64,000 nucleotides of DNA from Pyrodictiaceae archaeon (GCA_027036135.1 JALVSY010000016.1:256001-320000), one strand, 5' to 3'. Numbered from the stretch's first letter, positions 32,009-42,174 are shown. The notes: generated by a model not told the origin, from the sequence alone. Made by a program: numbers and translations.

Positions 32009-32135
32009 CACCCCTTTTATAGATCCTCCTAAGTAGGGTTGTTTTTGCATACATAATATTACGAGAGACGGGTCTATTGTGGTCGTGTTCTTATCTAATG
32101 AGCTTTTGTATCTAATTCCCTTCTAATACTATTTC

Positions 32136-32798
32136 TTGAACCGAAGTGAGTACAGAGAATGGCGTGACTCGCATATGACGGGGAACCGGTGGATCATTGT
32201 TTTCGGAGTACCAGGTACTGGTAAATCCTTCCTGGGTTCGAGACTTGCGCGAAGACTTAGTTACAGATTTACTACTTTGAGTTGGTTTGTGCTCTATAAT
32301 GGGTATTGGAGGGAATATGATATTCATCGTAGAAGCTTTGTAGTAGATTATGATGCTCTTCTTAGAGGATTACAGAAGCTTAGTGGCAGATACGTTATTG
32401 AGACTCATTGGTTAGAGCCCTTCCTAAAGAATGATGCACTGCCTAGCTTAGTTGTATTTACGCGTACTCATCCCCTCGTGCTCTATGAGAGGCTTGTTCG
32501 AAGAGCTTGGCCTCTTAGAAAGATAGCTGAGAACGTTGAGGCAGAACTTATTGGCGCGCTCGTCCCTGAGGTTCATGAAGTCATTGACCGGGGGATCAAG
32601 GTCATCGAGGTTGATACTACCAGTACCCCTGTTAATGATGCTGTTAACAAGGTTATTGAATTCTTGGAAAGGAATAGCAAAAATATCGAGTGCTGCATTG
32701 ACTGGTTATCAAGACTTAGTGTAGAGGAGCTAGAGAAGGTTATGAGGATAATAGAGGCTAGGACAGCTACTGAGAAGGGTGAAGAGCTTTATGAGTGA
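32136..32798 (+). CDS. Adenylate kinase 6/Fap7-like NMP kinase (likely start ATG 32175)
   Basis: GVPGTGKS, IETH, RL..R.W...KI.ENVEAE. Confidence 0.85.
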   Translation: MNRSEYREWRDSHMTGNRWIIVFGVPGTGKSFLGSRLARRLSYRFTTLSWFVLYNGYWREYDIHRRSFVVDYDALLRGLQKLSGRYVIETHWLEPFLKNDALPSLVVFTRTHPLVLYERLVRRAWPLRKIAENVEAELIGALVPEVHEVIDRGIKVIEVDTTSTPVNDAVNKVIEFLERNSKNIECCIDWLSRLSVEELEKVMRIIEARTATEKGEELYE

Positions 32799-33450
32799 AG
32801 GATTTGACGGAATTCGCGGCCTTGATTTGTCCTACTTGTCTAGGCGAACAAGGGATATAATTACTCGTATCGATTCCGTATTAGCTAAAAGAGAGGAGAT
32901 TAGGGATTCTTTAATTAAGTCTGGCAGAGACATTATACGGCTATCTGGGTGGGCTATTAATGCTATTCATAGAGGTATGCTAAGCGAGGCTACCAAGTAC
33001 ATAGATGAAATGGATAAGAAGGTCACAACGTTCATAGATATGGCTAATAGCGATGTGTTCCTGAGAGAGAGTGGTTTTGTGTATAATGTACTATCGGAGT
33101 ACGTAGAGGCTAAGGTCTTCTACGAGCTAGTTGTAAAAGGTATTCTGCCGAGCCACGATGATCTAGGAGTTAGCGAGATCCCGTACTTACAGGGCTTGGG
33201 CGATGTTCTAGGCGAGTTAAGAAGATTGGCACTAGACTTTCTCAGGGTTGGTAAGGTAAAGCTGGCCGAGAAAATCCTAGAAGTAATGGAGGTAATGTAT
33301 TACGAGATGAGAGCCCTAGAGTACCCTGATGCCCTTATGCCGGGGGTCAGGCACAAGGTTGATGTGGCTCGGCGTCTAATAGATGATACAAAGTCGTTAC
33401 TGCTTAGCGTAAAGACTAGAATTGTATCATGTAGTGGCGAGAGAGAATGA
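32779..33450 (+). CDS. Translin/TRAX (C3PO) family protein
   Basis: RE......R.I.R.S...I..IH, EYVEA, YL.GL.DV.GELRR, R.KVD..R. Confidence 0.85.
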   Translation: MKSFMSEGFDGIRGLDLSYLSRRTRDIITRIDSVLAKREEIRDSLIKSGRDIIRLSGWAINAIHRGMLSEATKYIDEMDKKVTTFIDMANSDVFLRESGFVYNVLSEYVEAKVFYELVVKGILPSHDDLGVSEIPYLQGLGDVLGELRRLALDFLRVGKVKLAEKILEVMEVMYYEMRALEYPDALMPGVRHKVDVARRLIDDTKSLLLSVKTRIVSCSGERE

Positions 33451-33764
33451 AGTCTATGTCTCCTCTGGAAGCATTTCTACATGTGTTGTGCAAGTATCTA
33501 CGTGACCGTGGCGCAATGGTTCTTAGCTTAGCGAGTACTGTGGGCCAGAAGAAACTAATGGTTTCTCTTTATGGTCTTTGGCGTAGGCATCGGTACTGGG
33601 AAACAAGCTATAGAAGGCTTAGTGATATCCTCGAGGAGATTACGAAGAATGAGAAGTTCTTGGAGTCTCTTAAGAGAATTGGTGTCGAAGAGATTGTTGC
33701 TGGGGAGGATGAGCCATACATTGTTATCGATATCGAGAAAATTAGGCGTTCACTTAAGTGCTAG
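33447..33764 (+). CDS. Hypothetical protein
   Basis: ATGA-coupled to translin gene within an operon. Confidence 0.6.
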   Translation: MKSMSPLEAFLHVLCKYLRDRGAMVLSLASTVGQKKLMVSLYGLWRRHRYWETSYRRLSDILEEITKNEKFLESLKRIGVEEIVAGEDEPYIVIDIEKIRRSLKC

Positions 33765-33779
33765 TACTAGGGATTAGCA

Positions 33780-34265
33780 TTGAGGCTAAGAAGGCCTAGC
33801 CCAGCGGAGATAGAGAGGCTTAGAGCTATAGCTGATTACCAGTTTGGTTTTCCTGCAGGAGATCTCTTGATAAGTGATGATATTGTTGTCGGTGTTTCGC
33901 CTAGTACCCGTCGCATAAGAGAAATTTATGGCTCAGAAGGCTTGCTCGCAGTGCTGAGAGCACACGATTATCTGTTTTCGCTCTCGCTTAACGGGGCAAA
34001 TCGCTTACTCAAGCTACCAGAGCCAAGACTACGCGCCTGGGTAGTCGACCTTCGCGGAAAAAGTGTGCGATGTAGGGATATCATAAGGATTGACGAGTCC
34101 CTTCGGCCTGGTGATGAAGTTATAATAGTTTCTAGGGAGTCTCGTCTCCTTGGTGTAGGTAGGCTGCGTCTAGCTCCCCTCGAGGTAGCTGAGCGCTGCG
34201 AGAGCGAGGCTATACGTGTACGAAAGAAAGTAGAGACGGGTGAGGAGAAAAATGAGTCAGTATAA
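33780..34265 (+). CDS. PUA-domain protein (TGT C-terminal-like)
   Basis: LR.IADYQFG, S..T.RIR, RPGDEV. Confidence 0.85.
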   Translation: MRLRRPSPAEIERLRAIADYQFGFPAGDLLISDDIVVGVSPSTRRIREIYGSEGLLAVLRAHDYLFSLSLNGANRLLKLPEPRLRAWVVDLRGKSVRCRDIIRIDESLRPGDEVIIVSRESRLLGVGRLRLAPLEVAERCESEAIRVRKKVETGEEKNESV

Positions 34266-34995
34266 TATTTATAGGTTTAAGACAATAAAAGTGTTCTTCA
34301 GGGACGAGTTTAGAAAGAGCGAATTCATTGTTACCGGGTTTAAGGGATTTGGGGCAGTTGGTTATCTCGCATCCCTTCATCTAGCTGAGAGACTGTTTTG
34401 CAAGAAAGCAGGCTTTATAGTCACAAAATATGTGCCGGAGGAAGTAACTCCGGGCGATGAGGGAGTTGTTGGACCTTTTACTCTGTATTCTTGCGAGAAC
34501 AACGGTAGACATTTTGGCGTAATAGTTAATCATGATATCCCCCTTGTACAGGAGCGTAGCCGCTTCGCGGAGGCTGTCATAAACTTCTTGACCCGAATAG
34601 GGATAGATGAGGCTGTACTTATTGGGGGTTTTGATTCAAGGCTTCGCCGTGGCGATGAGAAGCTTAGGTGGATAGCGACGTCTGCTTATAAGAGAGATCT
34701 CGATGAGCCGCGTATGGATAAGGGTCTCTATGTTGTTGGTCCTTTAGCGCTTCTTCTACTTTATGCGGAGGTTTATGGGTATCCGGCATTGGCTCTGCTC
34801 CCTTATGCTGAGGCCGTGCGACCGGATCCCAGGGCCGCTGCAACGGCTATTGAGAAGCTCAACGAACTATATGGACTCTCTATAGGTACTGAGGAGCTTC
34901 TCGAAGAGGCGAAGAAAATAGAAGAAATGATATCGACCCTTGAGCGTCAACAGCAGATGCTCTCGAGCTCGGCTCCAGAGAGATCCTATATGTGA
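34240..34995 (+). CDS. PAC2-family proteasome assembly chaperone
   Basis: GF.GFGAVGYLA..HL, IGG, VGPLALLL, PDPRAA. Confidence 0.85.
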   Translation: MRRKMSQYNIYRFKTIKVFFRDEFRKSEFIVTGFKGFGAVGYLASLHLAERLFCKKAGFIVTKYVPEEVTPGDEGVVGPFTLYSCENNGRHFGVIVNHDIPLVQERSRFAEAVINFLTRIGIDEAVLIGGFDSRLRRGDEKLRWIATSAYKRDLDEPRMDKGLYVVGPLALLLLYAEVYGYPALALLPYAEAVRPDPRAAATAIEKLNELYGLSIGTEELLEEAKKIEEMISTLERQQQMLSSSAPERSYM

Positions 34996-36578
34996 GAGAA
35001 AGTTTTTCCACAGTTTTCTTCCCTAATATCTATGGTATGCTTATTTCCTAGTTTTTCCATTATTTTGGCTGCGAGTTCTTTGCTCCATTCCCATTCTCTG
35101 CACGTAAGTATTTTTATGGCCGTGTAGTTCTCCTTGTTGTTCTCGATATAGTTTATTATGATTTTTGTGGTCTTGTCTATGACCTCTTGGTAGGTATAGG
35201 TGTTGGCCTCGAACTGTGAGAGTGGATAGGTTTCCGAGAGCTCCTCAGGTATAACGCCTATATAGAGCATATATCCCGCTATGTGGGTGTTGCTGGGCTC
35301 TCGTTTTCGTAGCCTAGTGTATATCTTTGACCTTGTGAACGGTTTCTCGCTTGGGTCAACTGGTATGAGTAATAACGTTCCGTGTTTTCTCGGTTTATAT
35401 CTTCTCAATATGTATTGGTGATGGTGAAGTATCTTGGGGTTGTAGAGGCTTTCGGGACCATAGAGGAAGACTCCTTTCACACCACTTGCTTTTACTCTTG
35501 GTGAAAGTTTTTCTATAAAACTAGAGTACTTTTTAAATTCTGTAAATGCTATTGAGAGTGATGGATGTGCTCGGCTTCTTTTCTCAAGAAGCTCCCATAA
35601 ACGTCCCTCCTTAATGGCTACTTTGACCTCATTAATTGTCTGTCTTAGAATATAGAGATTATGAAGAGCTAATAATCTTATGCGTTCTTGTTTTGGCATC
35701 TCTAGTAATTCTTTAGGTGCGTATTTTGTGCAGACTGGGCAGCTGCACGGGAAGTATTCCAAGTCCCTGAGCCTGTACGTTCTATAGGGCGTCATGTATC
35801 TCTCGTCGCGTGCATAGAGGATATAGGATGCTGAATCAAATAGGTCAACGCCTAGTGCAACAGCAAATGGTATTATCATTGGATGGCCTGCACCGAAGAG
35901 GTGTAGAGGCCTAGTTATCGGAAGTCTTGTTCGCGCAGTGTATATCATTTCTAGGAGAGTTCTATATTCGTATTGCTCTAGGAGAACAGTTGGGCTACCC
36001 AGAGCATATAGCTTATAGCCTTCTAGGGCTCTGGCCTCCGTGGCGCACTTTGCCACAAGGTCGCTGAAGGGCCCTCCCTGTATTGGCAGAACCCATATAC
36101 GGTTCTCGGGGTCTATGTATTTGAGGGCCTCTTTTGCTCTTCGAAGTGTCTCTGCGACGCTATATTCTGCTTGCTTCCTATCTCTCACATTACCAGTTGG
36201 AATGTCTAGGATAACTGCTATGTCGCTTCCTATTCCCTGTTGGAATTTTATTACCTCTATTGGGTCTATGTCTACTTCGCCGTATTGTAGAATTTGGTAA
36301 GCGCCAGAATCCGTCATTACTATGCCGTCAAAGCCTAGGACTTTATGCACTCCTTTTTCGAGAGCGGTTGTCCGCATCCTCTTCCATAATAAGTATGCAT
36401 TAGTTATAACTGCGTTGAACCCTAGCCTCTTTATGTCCTCGATTGGTACCTCCTGCCTAACTATATCTATGACTGGCAGTAGCGCTGGTGTCTCTATAAT
36501 GCCGTGAGGAGTATGTAGTCTCGCTATTCTGCCTGCTAAGTCCTTTTCCCTTATATCGAATAACCCGTAGGGGGTCAA
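34986..36578 (-). CDS. tgtA: tRNA-guanine(15) transglycosylase (archaeosine)
   Basis: DLAGRI, ETP, TNAY, MTDSGAYQ, HLFGAGHP, D.FDSASY, CSCPVC, HNL. Confidence 0.95.
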   Translation of the reverse strand: MTPYGLFDIREKDLAGRIARLHTPHGIIETPALLPVIDIVRQEVPIEDIKRLGFNAVITNAYLLWKRMRTTALEKGVHKVLGFDGIVMTDSGAYQILQYGEVDIDPIEVIKFQQGIGSDIAVILDIPTGNVRDRKQAEYSVAETLRRAKEALKYIDPENRIWVLPIQGGPFSDLVAKCATEARALEGYKLYALGSPTVLLEQYEYRTLLEMIYTARTRLPITRPLHLFGAGHPMIIPFAVALGVDLFDSASYILYARDERYMTPYRTYRLRDLEYFPCSCPVCTKYAPKELLEMPKQERIRLLALHNLYILRQTINEVKVAIKEGRLWELLEKRSRAHPSLSIAFTEFKKYSSFIEKLSPRVKASGVKGVFLYGPESLYNPKILHHHQYILRRYKPRKHGTLLLIPVDPSEKPFTRSKIYTRLRKREPSNTHIAGYMLYIGVIPEELSETYPLSQFEANTYTYQEVIDKTTKIIINYIENNKENYTAIKILTCREWEWSKELAAKIMEKLGNKHTIDIREENCGKTFSHI

Positions 36579-37033
36579 CGGAGCGGTTCTCCCCTCTTCT
36601 TGGCATCAAGGTATTCTCTTAGAACATAGTTAACCTTAGCTGCTAGAGGCCCAGCTCCTTCAACGCCTTCTGCTGTGACCCTAATATTATTGTATATCAT
36701 GACGACACCTGCATCCGGGTAGATACGAATAGCATCAGGCCTAAGTCCTAGTTTCTTGGCCACGTAGTCAGCGAACTCCTTTGGATCAAATATAGTCGTC
36801 TCGTAGGCTCTTATTTCGGCAATTACTCTCCCCATTATGAATAACCTTGGTATAGTCTTGTCGTCTGTTTTTACATCGCTTAGAACAAGGTTCATTTCTG
36901 GATGCTCAAAGCCCAATAGTCTGCCCACATACTTTTTACCATCAACAAGTACTACCTCGATGCGCTTCCCGATAAGATTTGTAAGCTCTGTTATGAATCG
37001 CCTCGATGAGGGTGGAGCCATTATAGAGGCCAC
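36575..37033 (-). CDS. Sm-like protein SmAP3 (Lsm with C-terminal extension)
   Basis: Sm1 motif G.L.GF....NLVL, Sm2 I.G..I, extra ~70-aa C-terminal domain. Confidence 0.85.
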   Translation of the reverse strand: MASIMAPPSSRRFITELTNLIGKRIEVVLVDGKKYVGRLLGFEHPEMNLVLSDVKTDDKTIPRLFIMGRVIAEIRAYETTIFDPKEFADYVAKKLGLRPDAIRIYPDAGVVMIYNNIRVTAEGVEGAGPLAAKVNYVLREYLDAKKRGEPLR

Positions 37034-37162
37034 TTTCTACACCAGCGAGCTAGGATAGCAAGTAGCTAAATATATAGGTAGGGTCAGTTTCGCCATTTCC
37101 CGGAGGAATATTGTCGCTTCCTCCTAGAAACGCTGGCCTAGCTTGCCACGAGGTGAGGTTAT

Positions 37163-37534
37163 ATGAGCAATGAGAATACTGTAGTAAATTTTACCGGCAC
37201 AGTAGAAAGTGTAGAAAAAGAGCTAATACCCCGACTATATATAGGGCGAATAAAGAGTGATAACGGTGAGTATCTCGTTGAGATGGATCTACATAAAGAC
37301 TTAAAGGTTTATGAACCGGGTACACGAGTAGAAGTAGCTATCTCAAAAACGATGCCTAATTATAAAGATGGCGTGGACTTAGTTGCCAAAGGAACCGTTG
37401 TATCCATAAGGAATGACGGCGACTACACAGCGTACCTGATCTCGATAGGAGGTCTCCTATTCATACTAAAATCTAAGAAAAAACTTGACTTAGCCCCCAC
37501 CGAGAAACTATATATAAAGATCACAGAGGTTTAG
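37163..37534 (+). CDS. rpo8: RNA polymerase subunit Rpo8 (RpoG)
   Basis: OB-fold size; MDLH, G.VV, ISIGGLL motif; GAGGTG RBS. Confidence 0.75.
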   Translation: MSNENTVVNFTGTVESVEKELIPRLYIGRIKSDNGEYLVEMDLHKDLKVYEPGTRVEVAISKTMPNYKDGVDLVAKGTVVSIRNDGDYTAYLISIGGLLFILKSKKKLDLAPTEKLYIKITEV

Positions 37535-37616
37535 TCATCTAAAGGACTCAGGTAGAATAGTTTAGCCTAGCTCTCCAAGAGCAGTCTCTCGCGACCCTTA
37601 TAGGGATAGGGATTTC

Positions 37617-38072
37617 TTGCAACCCGGTCAAGCAAGTAGAGCTGCTCCTTTAATCTTCCTAGCTTTAGCACTCACTATTCTATTACGTATGATAAATATC
37701 CCGAGGAGGCTTACTAAAACAGAATCAATAATTATCTTAGTTATTCTGGTCAGCTTTGTGTTAGTACTAGTAGCAACACTACGTAGAAAAAAGGATGAAT
37801 ACTGTATCGAAATAACAATCTCTCGTACCGCTCCCTACACACTACTTTACAAGGACCTAGTATATCTATCAAGGCTGATGAAGAGTTTATCGAGGGAGCA
37901 TAAAGCAGTAACCCTAATAGCACCGTGTGACGGAAAAGCTGTGTTTTGTGCCAGCTTTAACGAGCTAGAAAGACTTGCAGAAATAATAGATAAGAATACA
38001 TCTACGCTCCTAATAAGTCACACTAAAGAGAAACAAGCCTTGTGTAAAAACAGCGATGAGCAAAAATCTTAA
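37617..38072 (+). CDS. Hypothetical membrane protein
   Basis: Two N-terminal hydrophobic segments plus a soluble tail. Confidence 0.5.
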   Translation: MQPGQASRAAPLIFLALALTILLRMINIPRRLTKTESIIILVILVSFVLVLVATLRRKKDEYCIEITISRTAPYTLLYKDLVYLSRLMKSLSREHKAVTLIAPCDGKAVFCASFNELERLAEIIDKNTSTLLISHTKEKQALCKNSDEQKS

Positions 38073-38119
38073 ACCCCACTACCCGTTAAGCCCTCTATAC
38101 TACATGGCGGTCCACGGAT

Positions 38120-38290
38120 CCCGCCGTAGCTCAGCGGCAGAGCGCCCGGCTGTAGGTGGGGCTCCAGGCCCCCCGCGCGCCTAACTCCCCGTACACGGGG
38201 TGGATGAGGGCGCGTCGGCCAAAGGGCCTATGGGGGCCTGGGGGAGCAGATACCGGGTGGTCCGGGGTTCGAATCCCCGCGGCGGGACCA
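38120..38290 (+). tRNA. tRNA-Tyr(GTA) with 96-nt intron at 37/38 (38156-38251)
   Basis: CCCGCCG/CGGCGGG acceptor (C1-G72, A73), CCCGG-CTGTAG|A-CCGGG anticodon arm, GTTCGAATC, CCA; exon CTGT pairs with intron GCAG as the BHB central helix. Confidence 0.93.
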
Positions 38291-38432
38291 CCCTAACCCG
38301 GCTCCCCCACCGCGTGACGTCTATACCGGCCTTTGCTTTCTCCGTGTCTAAAAGAAAAGAGAATTCTAAGCGGCTTCTTGTTTAGAAGAAAAGTTACAGA
38401 AACTGGAACGCTTAGTTAGCTATTCCTTCATG

Positions 38433-39716
38433 CTAGTGCTCGAAGGTGTATTCCTTATCATTTTCCGCTATGATTACCTCCTCGGCTAGCTCCTTTTCTC
38501 TGACTACTTCTGCAAACGTACTAGCGACGTCTGGCTCGCTATGTACTATCATTAACTTAGAGGGTTTAAGTTTTTCAACTATCTCTAATAGGCTTCTTTG
38601 ATCACCATGGCTGCTAAAGTCTAGCCACTCAACTCTAGCCTTAACGGGTTCCTCCGTGTCTGGCATTAGTCCCTCCTCTAGTATTCTCCTCCCTGGTGAC
38701 CCCGGAGCCTGAAAGCTTACCATCACTACCGTGTTGCGGGGATTTCTGCCTATCCTCTTGAGGTAGTATAGGCTTGGTCCTCCCTTTAGCATACCGGCTG
38801 ATGCGATAATGACTGAGGGCCTTTTCCAAGCCCTGTTTCGGTCCCTCCAGCCTCTTACTATGTTGAAGTTCTCGTAAGCTTTTCTTAATAGGTGTGGATT
38901 ATTTATGTACTCGCTATTCTCGAGAAATATTTCGGTTATCTGCCTAATCATGCCATCAACGTATACAGACACCCCAGGATCATGCTCTGCTAGTATCATC
39001 ATCATTTCTTGCCCCCTAGCAATACTGAAGGCTGGTATGAGCACTGTACCCTTCTTATCAATGGTCTCCTCTATAATGGACAGCAGCCTCTTCTCAGCGT
39101 TTTCTCGCGGAGGATGGTGGGATGCGCCATACGTTGCCTCCGTTATTAACAAGTCAACCTTGCCTACTAAGTCGATATGAGCAGGCTTCATCAATTTTGT
39201 CTCGATAGTATTAATGTCTCCCGTAAACGCTATCCTGGCACCATCTATATTTAGCACGGTGAGTACACTTCCTGGTATATGCCCTGCCGAGTAGAACTCG
39301 GCTTCTATACCATCACTCAGTAGTATCTTTTGGCCGTACCTAATTGTCTCTGTGTTCTCGAGAAACGCCTTTACCTCGCGGTGCTCGTAGGGAGAATAGT
39401 AACCATTCAGCTTTAGAAAGTCCTCGAGCATCAGCTTTGCCATCTGTTTTGTAGGCCTCGTTGCATAGACTTTTGGCGAGCCTGAGATGAAGTAAAGCGG
39501 CGCCGTCCCTATATGGTCTAAGTGGGCATGGCTAATTAGTATCGAGTCAACGTATTTTGGTGGATATGTTGCTGCAAAGACGGGTCTATCTTCTTCGTCA
39601 AAGTTTACGCCAGCATCTAGTAGCACACCATTCTTTTCACCTTCTCTTCTAACAAGTATTGATGCTCGGCCTACCTCTCCTCCGCCGCCAAGTACTCTAA
39701 CTACATATTTACTCAT
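38433..39716 (-). CDS. beta-CASP MBL-fold ribonuclease (aCPSF2-like)
   Basis: GGG.EVGR, SHAHLDH, AGHIPGS, TGD, EATYG, ASAGML.GG, FSSH, VHSE; no KH domains. Confidence 0.88.
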   Translation of the reverse strand: MSKYVVRVLGGGGEVGRASILVRREGEKNGVLLDAGVNFDEEDRPVFAATYPPKYVDSILISHAHLDHIGTAPLYFISGSPKVYATRPTKQMAKLMLEDFLKLNGYYSPYEHREVKAFLENTETIRYGQKILLSDGIEAEFYSAGHIPGSVLTVLNIDGARIAFTGDINTIETKLMKPAHIDLVGKVDLLITEATYGASHHPPRENAEKRLLSIIEETIDKKGTVLIPAFSIARGQEMMMILAEHDPGVSVYVDGMIRQITEIFLENSEYINNPHLLRKAYENFNIVRGWRDRNRAWKRPSVIIASAGMLKGGPSLYYLKRIGRNPRNTVVMVSFQAPGSPGRRILEEGLMPDTEEPVKARVEWLDFSSHGDQRSLLEIVEKLKPSKLMIVHSEPDVASTFAEVVREKELAEEVIIAENDKEYTFEH

Positions 39717-39859
39717 AACATATACTCACCCCTTAAGCCCATATTCTTTGCATGCTTTGCTAAATGGTGGGCGAACCCTTGTCAAGAGAAGTGATACAAA
39801 CTAACTATTATATACTCTAATGAAACACCTAACCAGTTATGGAGAGGTGAAGCGACGAA

Positions 39860-40243
39860 GTGTTCCGATTCGATCCGAAGGAGCTAAGGAAACAACTAAG
39901 ACGTCTCGGCTTAAGGGATGTGAAAATAGAGCCAGTTAACGCTGAGGAAGTAGTTATACGAACCGAGGAGGGCAAGGAACTCGCAATACCGTCGCCCCAA
40001 GTACTCCTCATGAGGATGAAAGGTGGAGCAGTTATGCTACAAGTAATGGGCCAGAGCATTGAAGAAAGAGAAGTAGCACAAGAAGAGACTCCACAGATAA
40101 GCGAGGAAGATGTAAAATTCGTCGCGGAACAGACGGGTGTAAGTATAGATGAGGCGAGACAAGCATTAGAGGAAGCGGGAGGAGATATAGCAGCAGCAAT
40201 TATGCTTATTGAGGAGCGGAAGCGAGCCCTCGAAGGCTCTTAA
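39860..40243 (+). CDS. nac: Nascent polypeptide-associated complex protein
   Basis: NAC domain plus UBA-like EEDV..VAEQTGVS..EA..AL....GDIAAAI. Confidence 0.92.
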   Translation: MFRFDPKELRKQLRRLGLRDVKIEPVNAEEVVIRTEEGKELAIPSPQVLLMRMKGGAVMLQVMGQSIEEREVAQEETPQISEEDVKFVAEQTGVSIDEARQALEEAGGDIAAAIMLIEERKRALEGS

Positions 40244-41003
40244 CTATAGCATCCACGCTCTCCGCAACACTTATCACCACGGGGATGTTCTCGGCCTCGG
40301 CTATCCATGCAGCCAGATAGTCAAGCCTACGAGTCCCGTGAAGAACTATCATGGCTGGCTTCACGGTGGAGACGCGCAGTGCTATCATAGGGCTTCGCCC
40401 AGTGGTAACCTTTGTGAACACTACAACTCTCTGTGCCGTAGCACCAAGTAAGTAGAAGAACTCGTTACCAGCAAGACTAAGGACAGCCTTAAGACTATCA
40501 ACAACCGTGTACCCATATACTTTCAAGTCCTCGATGAAAGAATTAACTGGTACACCCTTCACAATCTCAACTATTTTGTCAACGGGTACACCGTGCTCAA
40601 ACTCGGCCATATCTATAACAGCACTCAAATAATGTATCTGGAATGTGCGAGCAAGCTTAGAGACAGTAGCCCAGCCCCTCTCGGCATCAATATCCAACAA
40701 TGCCTCGACAAAACGACGGACAAAACTAGAACCAGGCACCCTCCTACCCTTCTCATAATCACTGACAACACTCGGGCTAACACCCATATGATGAGCAACC
40801 TCTAGCTGACTAGCCCCGAATATCTCACGCCACTTCCTCATAGTACTGCCAGGACGACTACTCATTACAATCTCGCCGGCAATACGCTGAGAAACCTGCT
40901 CTATAACGACACGAGGAGGCCAAATAAGCCCGGTCAAAACGCGGCACCCGCTCCCGAGAAAAGACTTAAACCACCCTAGAGAACTATAACACCAACTAAT
41001 CAT
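40206..41003 (-). CDS. XRE-HTH transcriptional regulator (COG1709-like); true start likely ~40937
   Basis: IAGEI..S..PG..MRKWRE.F..SQ, SVVSDYE.GRR, VFTKV.TGRSPMIA. Confidence 0.85.
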   Translation of the reverse strand: MISWCYSSLGWFKSFLGSGCRVLTGLIWPPRVVIEQVSQRIAGEIVMSSRPGSTMRKWREIFGASQLEVAHHMGVSPSVVSDYEKGRRVPGSSFVRRFVEALLDIDAERGWATVSKLARTFQIHYLSAVIDMAEFEHGVPVDKIVEIVKGVPVNSFIEDLKVYGYTVVDSLKAVLSLAGNEFFYLLGATAQRVVVFTKVTTGRSPMIALRVSTVKPAMIVLHGTRRLDYLAAWIAEAENIPVVISVAESVDAIVKSLRGLASAPQ

Positions 41004-41007
41004 GGAT

Positions 41008-41094
41008 GCCGGGGTCGCCTAGCCTGGTAGGGCGCCGGCCTGCTAAGCCGGTGGGGGTTACCCCGCGCGGGTTCAAATCCCGCCCCCGGCGCCA
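41008..41094 (+). tRNA. tRNA-Ser(GCT)
   Basis: GCCGGGG/CCCCGGC acceptor, CCGGC-CTGCTAA-GCCGG, long variable arm, CCA. Confidence 0.97.
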
Positions 41095-41142
41095 CACCCC
41101 TGTAAGCCCCACCGGCTCCAGCATTTCCCCTAGTGCCTCGTT

Positions 41143-42174
41143 CTAGCTATTCCTCTTAGCGATAAGAGGGCATAGGGGATCCGGTGCTGGCAACCTACCG
41201 TATTTTGCTAGGGCTCTTGTATAGCATCCTCCTCTGCACCAAGCCCTAATAGCGCAGTCCTTGCATTCCTCGGGTATTTTCATCGCGGCCTTCATCAAGG
41301 GGCGTTCTAGTAACTTTCTCCACGCTTCCAGTACTCCATCTCTTACTACATTAGCTACACGTATACCGGTTACGTCGCAGAGTAGTACATCGCCATTGGG
41401 TGCAATATCCATTACTAACCAGTCCCTGCAATTGCTAGCGATTAGGTGCTTAGTCCAGCTAAGTGCTCTAACAAAGGGAGCGCACCAGACCGCTATCCCT
41501 ATTCCAAGTTCCTCTGCAACTTGCTCTGCATCCCTTAGTGCTCTAAGAAACAAGTCATGCCCAATGAATGACTTGGTTCTAAGCGCTCTCCCGCTGGGCA
41601 TGGTGGGGATAAGCGAGATGCTATCTGCTCCGAGGTCTATGGCGAGTCTTATAGCGTCACTTACGCGGTTAAAGTTGAGCTTGCTCACCGGGATATTGAC
41701 GTGAAGCCACAAACCCATGGTCTTGGCAGTCTTTACTCCGCTAAGGAAGCGCTCCCAGCTTCCCTTACCCTTAACGAGCTCGTATACATCACGGGGTCCA
41801 TCAAGACTGGTGTAAACATCTATGCCGAGTCTTGCAAGCCGTGCAGCAATTCTATTATTCATGAGCGTCATGTTGGTGAAGATGCTAGCATCTAATCCAA
41901 GCTCCACAGTAGCCTCAAGAACATCAATTATGTCTCTTCTTAGTAAGGGCTCACCTCCAGTAAACTGTACATATCTTGCGCCAGTATCAGCAGCCTCCTC
42001 TAGGACGCCTATCATTTCTCTCGCGCCAAGCTCCTCGTCGTTCATGTACTGCTCTGCATAACAGTAGGGGCACCGAAGATTGCAACGTCCGGTGATAATC
42101 CATATCAATGACTCTGGCCTCGTCATTGCTTGCACCTCGTCGCGCAGTACTGCTGGCCTCATTACTAGAGCCAT
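41143..42174 (-). CDS. Radical SAM/SPASM-domain protein
   Basis: CNLRCPYC, TGGEPLLR, C-terminal C..C.....CRGGC...A...DP.C. Confidence 0.9.
   Translation of the reverse strand: MALVMRPAVLRDEVQAMTRPESLIWIITGRCNLRCPYCYAEQYMNDEELGAREMIGVLEEAADTGARYVQFTGGEPLLRRDIIDVLEATVELGLDASIFTNMTLMNNRIAARLARLGIDVYTSLDGPRDVYELVKGKGSWERFLSGVKTAKTMGLWLHVNIPVSKLNFNRVSDAIRLAIDLGADSISLIPTMPSGRALRTKSFIGHDLFLRALRDAEQVAEELGIGIAVWCAPFVRALSWTKHLIASNCRDWLVMDIAPNGDVLLCDVTGIRVANVVRDGVLEAWRKLLERPLMKAAMKIPEECKDCAIRAWCRGGCYTRALAKYGRLPAPDPLCPLIAKRNS

Noticed and set aside
38175-38215. Nested second BHB intron inside the tRNA-Tyr intron
   Set aside because: A TGA bulge is present, but no 4-bp central helix can be formed in the right register
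38200-38385. 61-aa ORF overlapping tRNA-Tyr
   Set aside because: Lies within the tRNA intron and exon; spurious
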